This document shows, piece after piece, positions 28,849-39,492 of a DNA stretch of 64,000 bases. The position numbers were made by a program, and so were the translations under genes. Under the pieces are notes generated by a model. That model was not told the DNA's origin. It did not search any database and saw nothing but the letters and a program-made list of their open reading frames with translations. Positions within the stretch are counted from its first letter, which is position 1. Each line of letters opens with the position of its first letter. The stretch is from Naegleria gruberi (lineage: Eukaryota), in assembly GCA_000004985.1 (NCBI GenBank), contig GG738874.1. One strand, 5' to 3'.

Positions 28849-29470
28849 TTGTTTGCAATAACAACAATAGCCCAACGAGGTTTTCACATCTCACATTTAT
28901 CATTCAACAAATTTAACCTTAAGAAAACATTAAATTACCATGTGCAGGAGATGTGGAAATGCAAAAATAACAATATTAATATTGATAAAAGCTTAATGGA
29001 CGCAATAATGGAAAAAACACTCTCCCCCACTGAAGATACTTTGAAAATTACTCCTGCTTCATGGAATTTACTGCTCACACAATGTGCTGCAAATAATCAA
29101 TGCATATTTTACCGATACTTAAAAAGATGACTGCACTTGGACATGCACCTTTCGACAATGTTCTTTCTATGATTCTAACATCATCTACTAATACCTGAAG
29201 AATTATTGGAAATCATTAAATTTATTGAAAAACAAAGCTTGATCAAATTAAATGTTCTTCACTATGGAGCCTTATTTAGTAAGCTATCATCAGCAAACGG
29301 AAATATTAAGGAGATTCTTGATTTATATAAGGTTTGCGTAGATTGTCATGAAGCAACCAAGTATTTCTAAAGTGAGGAATAGAAAAATAGGAAATACGTG
29401 ATCAAAAAGTGTTCCTCGTATTTCATGATGGAAAATGTTCATGTGGAGACTTTTGACAATAGTTTGGGAT
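28849..29470 (+). pseudogene. degenerate PLS-type pentatricopeptide-repeat gene with DYW deaminase-domain remnant (frameshifted, with in-frame stops)
   Basis: PPR-like ITPASWNLLLTQCAANNQ (compare SWNALIAGYAQNG) and MTALGHAPFDNVLSMILTSS (compare P-D..TFVSVLSAC). In a second frame: KLNVLHYGALFSKL...KEILDLYKVCVDCHEATKYF* (compare KLAIAFGL...NLRVCGDCHNAIKLIS). In a third frame: EIRDQKVFLVFHDGKCSCGDF* (compare [25 protein letters not shown]). The three pieces are separated by TAA/TAG stops and a non-triplet spacing. Confidence 0.5.
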
Positions 29471-29655
29471 TCATATGCAGTTGCAATTAATTCAAATACA
29501 CAAATTCATTGTTCAATAAGATATAGTATTTTTGAGTACAAAATCAAATCTCAATGTTTAGTGTAATAATGTTGAGGTTACAAGTTGGTTGCTTTCTTTT
29601 GTTATCTTTTCAAAAAGTGAAGTAAATTGCTCCTTACTTTTACTGCTAATTTCAT

Positions 29656-30773
29656 TTACAAATAATTTTTACACAATTCTAGAGATGATGCCCATAAACG
29701 ATCTTGTAATTCTTCATCAACAGCAAATTGATTATCCTTATCCAATTTACAATCAGCATAATAGTGTCCTCCTTGTAATTCACTGGTAGGAGCAATTGAA
29801 AGATAGATCGAAGTTTGACTTCCTTGCCATGCTGACTTGGTTCCATACCACCAGAATGGATAGGATACAAGGAAATAGAGAGGATTCAATTCTCTCCAAA
29901 GTCTTTGTTAGTTAAATAATTATTCAATAATTCCCAAACTTTGTAAACCATGTCGAAACTTAGCCAAACTTACCTAGTACGAACAACACCAGGATGCAAA
30001 GAATAAGCAGTTGCAGTAGTATTTGGATCAGATCTAAATTCTCTTTCCAATTTACGTGTAAATACCATGTTACTGAACTTTGAACGTCCATATAATCTTT
30101 CAGTTTTAACTTCCTTACATTCATTATTCAAAGTGTTTAAATCAAATGAACAAAATCCACTTAGAACAGATTTCTTAGATGAAGTAACAGGAGTGGCTTC
30201 ATCCTTAGTGAGAGGACCCCACTGTTCACCAGCTCTTGATGAAACACTAATAACACGTCCATTACTCTTCTTAATTAAATCAATCAATAATTTAGTTAAT
30301 AAGAAATGGCCTAAATGGTTTGTACCAAATTGAAGTTCAACATTTTGCTTTGTAACACCATGAGGTGTCATCATAATACCAGCATTATTCAATAAAACAT
30401 CCAATCTGTCATATTTTTCAATAAAATCAACACAGAATGACTTGACACTTGCTAAATCAGCCAAATCTAATTTCATAACTTGTACAGATCCAGTCTTGGA
30501 TGTTTTTTGTTGATTTAAAATTTCTTGTTGTACTTGTTCACCTGAACTTAAACTTCTACAAGCCAAAATAACAGTAGCTCCCTTGGAATAGAACAAATTA
30601 GCAGCTTCATAACCAATACCAGCCACTGATGGTCCAGTAACTATAATTACTTTACCACTCAAGTTGGTATGTGAAAGTAATTCGGAAGAGACAGATCCTC
30701 CATTAAAAAAATGTTTACCTAAAGCAAGTAATCCTAAACCTGCAACTCCACATGTCAATGTAACTGGATCCAT
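29656..30773 (-). CDS. short-chain dehydrogenase/reductase, retinol dehydrogenase (RDH11/12)-like; exons 29974..30773 and 29656..29902 (71-nt intron)
   Basis: Exon 1 has TGPSVAGIGYEAA (TGxxxGxG), NNAGIM and YGRSKFSNMVFTRKL (YxxxK), and ends ...HPGVVRT before a GTAAGT donor. Acceptor aaag|ACTTTGG joins to ...RLWRELNPLYFLVSYPFWWYGTKSAWQGSQTSIYL...GGHYYADCK, the RDH12-type C-terminus. Confidence 0.75.
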
Positions 30774-31600
30774 TATTTTGTGAAAAGATTTGAAAAGATG
30801 ATGAGAACGTGGTGATGTTGAATTTTTTTTATTAAATTTTATTTTCTTGTGTAGGTATTTTCCTACAAGTGCGACAATGAGATTTTTCCATCAAGGAATG
30901 ATTACTTCAATTATAAAGGTTTACAATTAAGATTTCATATTATTGGTTGAAGACTGTGAAATTGAAAAAGATTGAAAACGGTATTGCAATTCAGCATGTT
31001 GAGGATAACCTTATTTAATTAGTAAGGTGCATAAAATATAACTAAACAAGAACACAAGACTTTATATCGACATATGCGTATATATTTGGAGTAGCATGCT
31101 ATTACAGCTATAAATCATGAATTGTAATGTTGTAGAGCTCTCATTGTGTAGATCACTTTAATGCCAACTGTTAACAATCAATGTTTAAAGTGTTATTGCA
31201 AAAACTCTGCTCATCATAAGTTGTGCATTGCTTGTCGCATCTGAATTACAGCTTTTTAACAAACTACATATTTGAATCTGACAATCTTTTCACAGAGGGC
31301 GCTTAGATCTATCAAAGAGACCAATCATTCTCCATATTTACTTTTAATGAAGCAAACATGCGAAGGTAATTTTTATTCTATCCATTTTCTGATGGGTGGA
31401 GGTGAGGGCATGCATTAACTGAAACAGTTGGGGTGGAGATTTTCTATTTTCAAAAGGTAGTGGATGGAGTGTTGTTTCTAGCTTCCTCAAATAAAAACAA
31501 TATCAAGAAGAACACTCTAATAACAAATTTTGTTTTGCCTTATATAACAATTATATTGTGTAAATAAAAATCGAGAATAACATGATGACAGAAGAACAAT

Positions 31601-32485
31601 ATGAAAAAACTAAGCTTAAAGTCAATGAAACGAAACCAAGAAGAGGTTTTTGGTGAAAATAAGGAAGATGAAGAGGTAGCCTTTATAAATCGGAAAATGA
31701 TCAGTAGGCATAGTAGTAATTTACATCATCACCATCACAATCATCATCGAAGCAAGAAAGAGCCACCACATAAGATAAATACCACAACAAATACAACAGT
31801 AACAGAAATAGATGACAATGAGGAGGGAGTTTCTTCAATTGGTGAATCACCAAGAGGAAGAAATACTCTGCAGCACAATGAAATGTCCTCCTCACACTAC
31901 TCTAAAACCATATTTCCAAAGAGTTTACTTGATTCCTATGTTAAGGCAAGGCAGGTTAAAAAACAACAGCGAGAAGCGATCATACGAGCACAAACACCAA
32001 ATCATGAAGCTGTTCAAAGGGAGAAGAGGTATGAAAGATATAAAAAAGAGAAGAAAGCAGGAGGAAATTATATTGCATCTGGTGATTTTAAACCAACAGA
32101 TGTTTTACCATTCGATGATTTGAAACGGATAGTGGTTAAAAATCAAGAAATATTCAAAGAAACCACAGAGAGGGTACTCACACCCCAACCAACCTTAACC
32201 AGTGTAAATTCCAATAGATCCCTACTCAGTGTAAAATCAGATTCATTTAGAAGAAGTAGAACACCATCTCCTTCACTACATTCATCACAATCTGTAAAAT
32301 ACTTTAGAGACCAACCTTCAAGGTCTGATTCACGAATGAGTTTGGCTGATGTTGCTACTGTTTTTGAAAATTATTTATCGAGGACTTCATCATTTAGTAC
32401 AGTAAGCAGTTCAAGTTCGAATAGTAACAGCCCAACAGGTTTAAAGAAAGGTGCATCATTTTCGAGAAGAATTGTCAATCAATGA
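31601..32485 (+). CDS. Ser-rich hypothetical protein with poly-His stretch
   Basis: 294-aa ORF; ATG at 31601. HHHHHNHHRSKKEPPHK. The S/T-rich C-terminal half resembles phospho-regulated linker regions. No recognisable domain. Confidence 0.35.
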   Translation: MKKLSLKSMKRNQEEVFGENKEDEEVAFINRKMISRHSSNLHHHHHNHHRSKKEPPHKINTTTNTTVTEIDDNEEGVSSIGESPRGRNTLQHNEMSSSHYSKTIFPKSLLDSYVKARQVKKQQREAIIRAQTPNHEAVQREKRYERYKKEKKAGGNYIASGDFKPTDVLPFDDLKRIVVKNQEIFKETTERVLTPQPTLTSVNSNRSLLSVKSDSFRRSRTPSPSLHSSQSVKYFRDQPSRSDSRMSLADVATVFENYLSRTSSFSTVSSSSSNSNSPTGLKKGASFSRRIVNQ

Positions 32486-32731
32486 CAATTCTAATAAAAT
32501 TGAATTTAATTTTTCTACATCATTGCTAAATATTTGTATTGAGGTTGTATTATATAAGGATAAGGGTTGAACAAGAGTTGTTGCTTGTCTCTTTCAAGAA
32601 TGGTCGTAGTTTATCCGTTGAGGGTTCTAAAACTTCATCGAATGGAGTTGGTTACTTTTTAAATTTCCCTCCAATTTTCAAACCCGTAACGGATGGAGAT
32701 TTGTAAAATCAAAAAAAAATAAAGCTATTGA

Positions 32732-35700
32732 ATGGAGGAAACACAACAAACACCTCAGCCAGAAGAAGAATCACGAACACAATCATCAAATATTGAGGAA
32801 GAAATTTCAACATCAGTCAATGAAGTTGTAAATTCTCAACCATCTGATGAGGCCTCAACAGCACTTCAACAAACTGAAGAACATCAAGATATTTCCAGTA
32901 AGGAACAACATGATGATGTTGATCACCAAGAAAACAACAATGAGAAGCCTCAAGAAAATGATACCTTAGTAGTTGAAGAAAATCCAGAAAATCATATGGA
33001 AGAAGAATACACCAGTGTTGGTCATTCTGTCAAAACAACCAATGATGAGAAGGAGGCTATTAGTGAAGAGATTTTAGAAACAACAAATAACGAGTTAATA
33101 TCTATTTCCCAAGCCTTGAATTACACTGCCGAAGGATTACATGAAAGTCATGAATACATTAACACTCTTACAGAACAAATTGAGGCAAAGAATAATGAAA
33201 TCCAGAAAGTAATGGAGGTATTAGAGGAACACAAATCAATTATTACTCAAAAGGATGACGAAATCTCAACAATTACTCAAGAATCCGAAAATACTAAAAA
33301 GTTATTGGGGCAGACAACATCTCAGATGAATACAATTTCCGAGAATTTGGCCAATGCTTTGGAGGAACTTTTAGAATCAGATCTCAAGTTGAAGGGGATT
33401 ACTAAGGAACTAACAGTCTCAAAGGAAGAAATTGAAAATTTGTCCAAAAGCATTTCAGAGAAAGAATCATTGATCGAAGAGCTCAACAATAATCTTGGTT
33501 CAGCAAAGGCAGAATTGGAAGCATCTAAGGAAGATGTTTCTTTAAAGAGTGCTATTATTGAACAATTAACTAGTGAGATTAATGTTGGAAAGGAAGCAAT
33601 TCAAAAATTAGAAGACAATGTCAATGAAAAGAGTCAAGAGGTTGATTCTTTAAGGTTGATTATTGAAGAAAAAGCTTCACTTAATGAACTATTGAAACAA
33701 CAAGTCGATGAAACAAAACAATCTCTTGAAGAAACTTTGAATAATTTAACAAAAGCAAAGGAAGAAATAGAAAGCGTAGAAAATTCTCTTAAGGAAACAA
33801 CTCAAAAGTTAGAAGAAACAAATACGCAACTCACATCATTGTCAAGCCAAGTTGAGCAAGACAAAGATGAGTTAAAACAGATTAGTGAAGAGCTTGAAAC
33901 TGTGAAAGAAAACTGTAGTCAAAAATCAGCTGAACTGGAGAAGACCATTTCAGAACTGAAAGAAACATCTGACAATTTGGAGGATCAAAAGAAAGTGCTT
34001 GAAGAAAAAACTCAAGAATTAACTTCCACAACAGAAGAGCTCTCTAAAACGAAATCATTATTGGAAAGCACTACCACTGAATTCAACGAAAAATTAAAAA
34101 TTGCTTCCGATAGTTTGCAAATAACTACCCAAGAACTCGAAGAAACCAAAGGAAAATTAGAACAAACCCAACAACAATTGGATAAAATGAGCTCTGAATT
34201 GGAAATTAAGACACAGGATCTTTCTCAGGCAATTGAAACTTTAGATCTCACAAATATCGAATTAAGTGAACTCAAAGAAACCATGTCAAATACTACCATT
34301 GAACTTGATAAAACGAAGGAGATTTTAAAGTCCACAAACGAAGAACTTTTGGCAACAAAAGAATCCCTTGAAACAACCAGTGAAGAATTGTCTACAACTA
34401 AAGACACGCTTGCAACAACAACCGAGGAGTTTTCTTTTACAATGGAACAATTAGATAATACTAAAAAAGAACTCTCTGAAACAACCACCAAATTAGAGGA
34501 AACATCTGCTGAATTGGTTTCTATTAAGGAGGATCTTTCCGACACAAGACAAAAGCTTGAATCTACTTGCGGTTTATTGTCTGAAACTCAAACCAAATTA
34601 GAAGAATCTAACAAAAATCTTGAAGATGCAAACTGTACAATCAAAACTACTGAAGATGAATTATCTAGTGTTAAGGGTGAACTTGAATCCACAGCAAAAA
34701 ATCTGGTTGACACCAAGCAAGAGCTTTCAGAAACTATTTCTGACTTGCAACAGACAAAAGAGAGTTTGTCAGAAACTAAGGAAACACTTGCAAGCACTGA
34801 GGATAACCTGCACAAAATAGAGGACGAGTTATCTCAATCAAGAACAACTTTATCAGAGACATCAGAAGAACTTATTGAGACAAAAAATAGGTTGACTGCC
34901 ACCTTGGATGAGCTTTCCACTACCAAAGAAGACCTTAGAAACACAGAAAAAGATCTTTCCCAAAGAACAAGCGATTTGGGAATGACTTCAATGGAATTAA
35001 TAAGCACAAAGGAAGAGCTTACAGAAACAAAACAAACACTCTCTCAAACTTCTGAAAATTTAGAAACTACAAAAACAACATTGGAAGAAACATCTTCCGA
35101 TCTTGAGAAAACAAAAGAAGAACTTGCAAAGAAAACTGAAAATCTGGAAGACACTACCAAAAATCTAGAGAGTACAAAAAGAACATTGGAGGAAACTTGC
35201 AAAGAACTTGAAGCAACAAACAACACACTTCTTAGTACTAGTGAAGAGCTAACTACAACAAAGACTGACCTCGAAAACACAAGGCAAACCCTAGTTGAGA
35301 CATGCTCTAACTTGGAAAACACTAAAGCAAAACTTCAAGATACTGAAATTACACTCACCGAAACAATCAATGTTCTTAATTCAACAAAGCAAGAGTTAGA
35401 TAGTACAAACGAAGAACTCTCAAATACCAAGAATTCTTTGAAAGCCACTGAGCTTGAATTGAGTGATACAAAGGAAAATCTTTCTAAAACTGGTGAAGAA
35501 CTTGTTCAAACTAAATTAACTCTTTCCTCAACTTCTGATGAATTAAGCAACACGAAACAAGCTTTATCTGCAACTACGGAAGATCTCAACAGTACAAGAG
35601 ACGTTCTGAAAAGTACTGAGAATGAGCTTTCTCAAAGAACAAGCGATTTGGGAATGACATCTATGGAATTAATAAGCACAAAGGAAGAGCTTACAGAGAC

Positions 35701-38170
35701 AAAACAAACACTCTCTCAAACCCGCGATACATTAAGATCCACTCAACAGTATTTAGAAGATACTAACACTTCACTGAACTCTGCAAATGAAACCATACGA
35801 ATTACAACAAAAGAACTTGAGAAAACTCAATCCGAACTCGATTTGACAAAGAAAAATCTTGACGTCACAACAACAGAATTACAAGACACAAAGGAGGCAT
35901 TTACCACAACCAAGTCAGATTTAGAGTCAAAACTTTCAGAAACCACTAACCAATTGAATAATACAACTGCCACTCTGAACGAAACTCAAACAACTCTTAC
36001 TCTAACTCAACAAACTCTTTCGTCAATCGAATCAGATTTAAATGGTACTAGAGAAACCCTAAACAAAACAAAGAATAATTTAGATGGCATGACTGACTCT
36101 TACGAATCAACTTTATCTGCTCTCAATCATACAAAACAAGTCTTACAAGAAACTGAAGAAAAGCTATCCGAAACTTGTAAAACTCTTGATGAACGAGTAT
36201 ATGAATTGAGTACTACTTCACAGATTCTTAAAAATACAAGAGACCTTCTTCAAAACACTGAAGAAAAGTTGAAGAGTAAAACTGAGGAATGGGAACTTTT
36301 GTTGGTGGTAAGATCTGAATTGGAGAAGGAACTTGAAGAAATGACCAACAAAAACACCAAAAATGAAGAAGAAATCAAAGAGTTACTCCACATCAAATCT
36401 GATCTCACTGCTGAACGAAATAAGTTGATTGAGAATCTCAACCAAACTACCTCTAATCTGAAGCAAACAGAACACACTCTTGAAGAAACAACTCAAAAAC
36501 TTAACATCACTGAAAATGTTCTTCAAGAAACCTCTATCACCCTTAAAGCAACAACAGAGGATCTGAATTGTAAAAATGAAAGATTGGAGCAAGCAGAAAA
36601 TTCTTTGGAGAGTTTGAGACAAAAATATGACACCTCTGTTAAAGAGTTGAAGGCAGCTCACATTACCATAGATCAAGCAAATGTTTTGGTATTGGAACAA
36701 CAAGAATCCCTCGCAGAAAGGCAGAGAAGCATTGATAAACTTGAGAATACAGTTGTTGAGCTTAATAAGATCATTAGTGAAAGGGATGAAACCATAAAAC
36801 AAAGAGATTCAACAATTAAGAGCCTTGAACAAGTCGTTGCAGAAAAAATAGGAATAATCAACGATAGAGATCAAGAAATAAGTGAAAGAATCGACAACCA
36901 CAACCAATTGTTCGCCGAGAAAACTAATCTTGATAGTGAAATAGCAAACTTGAAGTCTGAATATCAAAAACTGGATGAAATTTGTAATTTTAAGAAAGAA
37001 CAGCTTATCAAATCCCAAGTTATCATTACTAGTTGGATTGAAGAGAATAATGTCAAAGCCAAAACTATCGCACAACTTTACGAAATAGTCAATAAGAAGG
37101 ATTCAGAGATTGAAAATCTTTTCACTTCGGGCAATAAGATCATGGAAGGACTTAGTCTAGAAATTAAACAACTTGAAATCAAATTACAAGAAGCAAACAC
37201 TAATATACAATCATTAACTGATAAGGATAATGAAAATATGGATCAAATTCGTCAACTTTGGGAAAAGATTAAAGACAGAGACAATATAATCGAGGAGCAA
37301 ACAAGAGAAAGCATTAGAGTTGAGGAAGAAAAGAGATCCTCAGATGGTAAATTCAGAAAAGAGATTGAAAGACTCACAATGGTTGAAATGGATCTTGAAT
37401 ATGCTGTAAAGGAACGTGAAGATTCTTTGTTTGATATCAAGAAAGAAAATGAAAATCTTACACAACAACACATTGCCATCGATTTAGAAAACAAACAACT
37501 CAAACAACAATTCCAAATCAAACAAAAGAAAATTGAAGAGCTTAACCTTAAATTGGTTATGGAACAAAAAAGAAATGAAAGAAATGAGAAGGCCAAGTCA
37601 AGCTTTGTTAGAAATATAAGAGATAGAACTCTTGGTGCAACAACAGATGTAGATCAAAAGAATTTGTTGGTCATTCAAGATCTTGGAAAGAAGTATGACG
37701 ACCTCGCTCAAAAATATGAATTGCTTGTTACTGAAAGAAATGATTTAAAGAAATTGTGTAAATCTTTACAATATGCACTTGACAAGAAAGATGGTGAAGA
37801 TGGCAAGAGAATTCAAACATTAGAAAGCAAGTTGCAACAAGAACAAACAGAAAAGAATATCTTCAGAAACGAAAAGAAGGAAATTGAAAAAAAGATGGAA
37901 ACCATTTCAACAGAAAATAAGCAACTCAATTTGAACATGAATAGACTTCACAATACCACCACTCAAATGTTGAGAAAACAAGAAAAGATTACAACTTATT
38001 TGGACAACAATAACGAAGTAGTTTCTTCGTTTGCACTTTCACCAAGAGTTAAACCAACAACAAATATTCCATCAAATGTAGGAGCCAATTCTTTAGTTAG
38101 TCCAAGAAACTTAACTGGTGTCTCTAAACCATCAACACCAAGAATTGCTTCAACCAGATCAACCAAATAA
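32732..38170 (+). CDS. giant (1812 aa) coiled-coil protein with degenerate (T/S)xEEL(S/T)xTKxxL repeats and an S/T/P-rich C-terminal tail
   Basis: Intronless 5.4-kb ORF. Acidic N-terminus. About 1000 aa of 14-residue-type periodic repeats (TSEELSTTKDTLATTTEE..., TKQELSETISDLQQTKESL...). An internal near-identical duplication (LSQRTSDLGMTSMELISTKEELTETKQTLSQT at about 34960 and 35630). The tail PRVKPTTNIPSNVGANSLVSPRNLTGVSKPSTPRIASTRSTK. Confidence 0.6.
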   Translation: MEETQQTPQPEEESRTQSSNIEEEISTSVNEVVNSQPSDEASTALQQTEEHQDISSKEQHDDVDHQENNNEKPQENDTLVVEENPENHMEEEYTSVGHSVKTTNDEKEAISEEILETTNNELISISQALNYTAEGLHESHEYINTLTEQIEAKNNEIQKVMEVLEEHKSIITQKDDEISTITQESENTKKLLGQTTSQMNTISENLANALEELLESDLKLKGITKELTVSKEEIENLSKSISEKESLIEELNNNLGSAKAELEASKEDVSLKSAIIEQLTSEINVGKEAIQKLEDNVNEKSQEVDSLRLIIEEKASLNELLKQQVDETKQSLEETLNNLTKAKEEIESVENSLKETTQKLEETNTQLTSLSSQVEQDKDELKQISEELETVKENCSQKSAELEKTISELKETSDNLEDQKKVLEEKTQELTSTTEELSKTKSLLESTTTEFNEKLKIASDSLQITTQELEETKGKLEQTQQQLDKMSSELEIKTQDLSQAIETLDLTNIELSELKETMSNTTIELDKTKEILKSTNEELLATKESLETTSEELSTTKDTLATTTEEFSFTMEQLDNTKKELSETTTKLEETSAELVSIKEDLSDTRQKLESTCGLLSETQTKLEESNKNLEDANCTIKTTEDELSSVKGELESTAKNLVDTKQELSETISDLQQTKESLSETKETLASTEDNLHKIEDELSQSRTTLSETSEELIETKNRLTATLDELSTTKEDLRNTEKDLSQRTSDLGMTSMELISTKEELTETKQTLSQTSENLETTKTTLEETSSDLEKTKEELAKKTENLEDTTKNLESTKRTLEETCKELEATNNTLLSTSEELTTTKTDLENTRQTLVETCSNLENTKAKLQDTEITLTETINVLNSTKQELDSTNEELSNTKNSLKATELELSDTKENLSKTGEELVQTKLTLSSTSDELSNTKQALSATTEDLNSTRDVLKSTENELSQRTSDLGMTSMELISTKEELTETKQTLSQTRDTLRSTQQYLEDTNTSLNSANETIRITTKELEKTQSELDLTKKNLDVTTTELQDTKEAFTTTKSDLESKLSETTNQLNNTTATLNETQTTLTLTQQTLSSIESDLNGTRETLNKTKNNLDGMTDSYESTLSALNHTKQVLQETEEKLSETCKTLDERVYELSTTSQILKNTRDLLQNTEEKLKSKTEEWELLLVVRSELEKELEEMTNKNTKNEEEIKELLHIKSDLTAERNKLIENLNQTTSNLKQTEHTLEETTQKLNITENVLQETSITLKATTEDLNCKNERLEQAENSLESLRQKYDTSVKELKAAHITIDQANVLVLEQQESLAERQRSIDKLENTVVELNKIISERDETIKQRDSTIKSLEQVVAEKIGIINDRDQEISERIDNHNQLFAEKTNLDSEIANLKSEYQKLDEICNFKKEQLIKSQVIITSWIEENNVKAKTIAQLYEIVNKKDSEIENLFTSGNKIMEGLSLEIKQLEIKLQEANTNIQSLTDKDNENMDQIRQLWEKIKDRDNIIEEQTRESIRVEEEKRSSDGKFRKEIERLTMVEMDLEYAVKEREDSLFDIKKENENLTQQHIAIDLENKQLKQQFQIKQKKIEELNLKLVMEQKRNERNEKAKSSFVRNIRDRTLGATTDVDQKNLLVIQDLGKKYDDLAQKYELLVTERNDLKKLCKSLQYALDKKDGEDGKRIQTLESKLQQEQTEKNIFRNEKKEIEKKMETISTENKQLNLNMNRLHNTTTQMLRKQEKITTYLDNNNEVVSSFALSPRVKPTTNIPSNVGANSLVSPRNLTGVSKPSTPRIASTRSTK

Positions 38171-38193
38171 TAATAAAATTAAATACAAAAAAA

Positions 38194-38781
38194 ATGGGCA
38201 AACGAAAGGATAGATCGGAAAAGAAGGAAAAATCAAAAAAGAAAAAGTATGAATATGAAGAGGATTCAAATGTATTACCTCTTGATACAATGTTTGCAAC
38301 ATTAATTAAAAATTATCCAAAAGATGTAAATAACTTCCGAGATTTATTACAAAATTTAGATGATGGATATTATGTTGATATTTCGGAATTAGAGGATCGT
38401 TCAGTTAAAAATATACTCACTGATATGTTTAAAGAACATTTTAATTTAAAACGTGATAAAGAAACTAGAGAATATAAGAAAAGATCATCACAAAAGGATG
38501 AATCATTGGTAAAGATATTCGAAGATTTTACAGAAAATTATAAGCCCGAAACAACTCAACCAAAATCTTTATTGGAAGCACATACACAAAAATTTAATAG
38601 TAGTCAACCAGAAGTGGAAAGGAGAAATTTAGAAAGCAGAGGATATATGACTTGGAATAGAGATCGTGATATGGAAAATCCTTGTTTAGCAGTAGATAAG
38701 AAAAGATTAATGGATACTGTTAATAATGCAGCAAAATTCTCTCAAAAGTTCAATTCTACGACAGAATACAAATTTATGTAG
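38194..38781 (+). CDS. Lys/Glu-rich hypothetical protein
   Basis: 195-aa ORF, MGKRKDRSEKKEKSKKKKYEYEED... No domain recognised. Confidence 0.35.
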   Translation: MGKRKDRSEKKEKSKKKKYEYEEDSNVLPLDTMFATLIKNYPKDVNNFRDLLQNLDDGYYVDISELEDRSVKNILTDMFKEHFNLKRDKETREYKKRSSQKDESLVKIFEDFTENYKPETTQPKSLLEAHTQKFNSSQPEVERRNLESRGYMTWNRDRDMENPCLAVDKKRLMDTVNNAAKFSQKFNSTTEYKFM

Positions 38782-38782
38782 A

Positions 38783-39477
38783 TTATTTCTTTTCACGTTT
38801 TTCCCTTTTGATTGTATCTGCTAACATATTTGCTATTTCAGATAATCTCTTATTTAACATTCCACTATTGGACGTTCCACCTAATATTGGAATAGAATAG
38901 GAAAATTGAACAGAGCTTTCTTTTGATTTTTTTAGTAATACATCCGAAGGAGCATTCAAAATTGGATCATAAAATAGTGGTGGAAGATTATCATCATCAA
39001 CTGTTGTTGCTTTCTTTGATGTTTTAGGCTTTGATCCCTTTGTTTTTTTCCTATTATTAAATCTTTCTATANAAATCATCCAATCCTAAANNNNNNNNNN
39101 NNNNNNNNNNNNNNNNNNNNNNNNNNNNNNNNNNNNNNNNGNATATGACACATAATAAACCATTTGATTAACAAGGAATGCAATGTCACTTAATTCCGAA
39201 TTAATATCTGGCAAAACAACATCAGTATCATAGGTTCCTCCAAAATTACAAAAGTTTCATCCTTAGGATCTCCAACAGACATTAAATCATATCGTTTTGT
39301 TGATGTGACTGTATAGAAAGGACTTCTCGGTATTGTTCGTTTTATTAATGTAAGTGAGGCTCTACTATTTTTTTGTGCAGCCAATTGTTGTTGTTGAAGT
39401 TGCTGCTGTTGTTGCAGGAGTAATTGTTGTTTGATTAATGAACTCATTTTTTTATGTAGTTTGTTTTGGCGGTTCAA
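38783..39477 (-). CDS. Q-rich hypothetical protein, interrupted by assembly gap (partial model joining ORFs 39190..39477 and 38783..39079)
   Basis: Two same-strand ORFs flank the N run 39091..39140. The N-terminal part carries (CAA/CAG)n poly-Q. The stop abuts the convergent gene 38194..38781 (1 nt between stop codons). Confidence 0.3.
39091..39140. other. assembly gap (50 N; isolated n also at 39072 and 39142)
   Basis: Run of n characters. Confidence 0.95.
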
Positions 39478-39492
39478 AAATTGTAAACCTTT

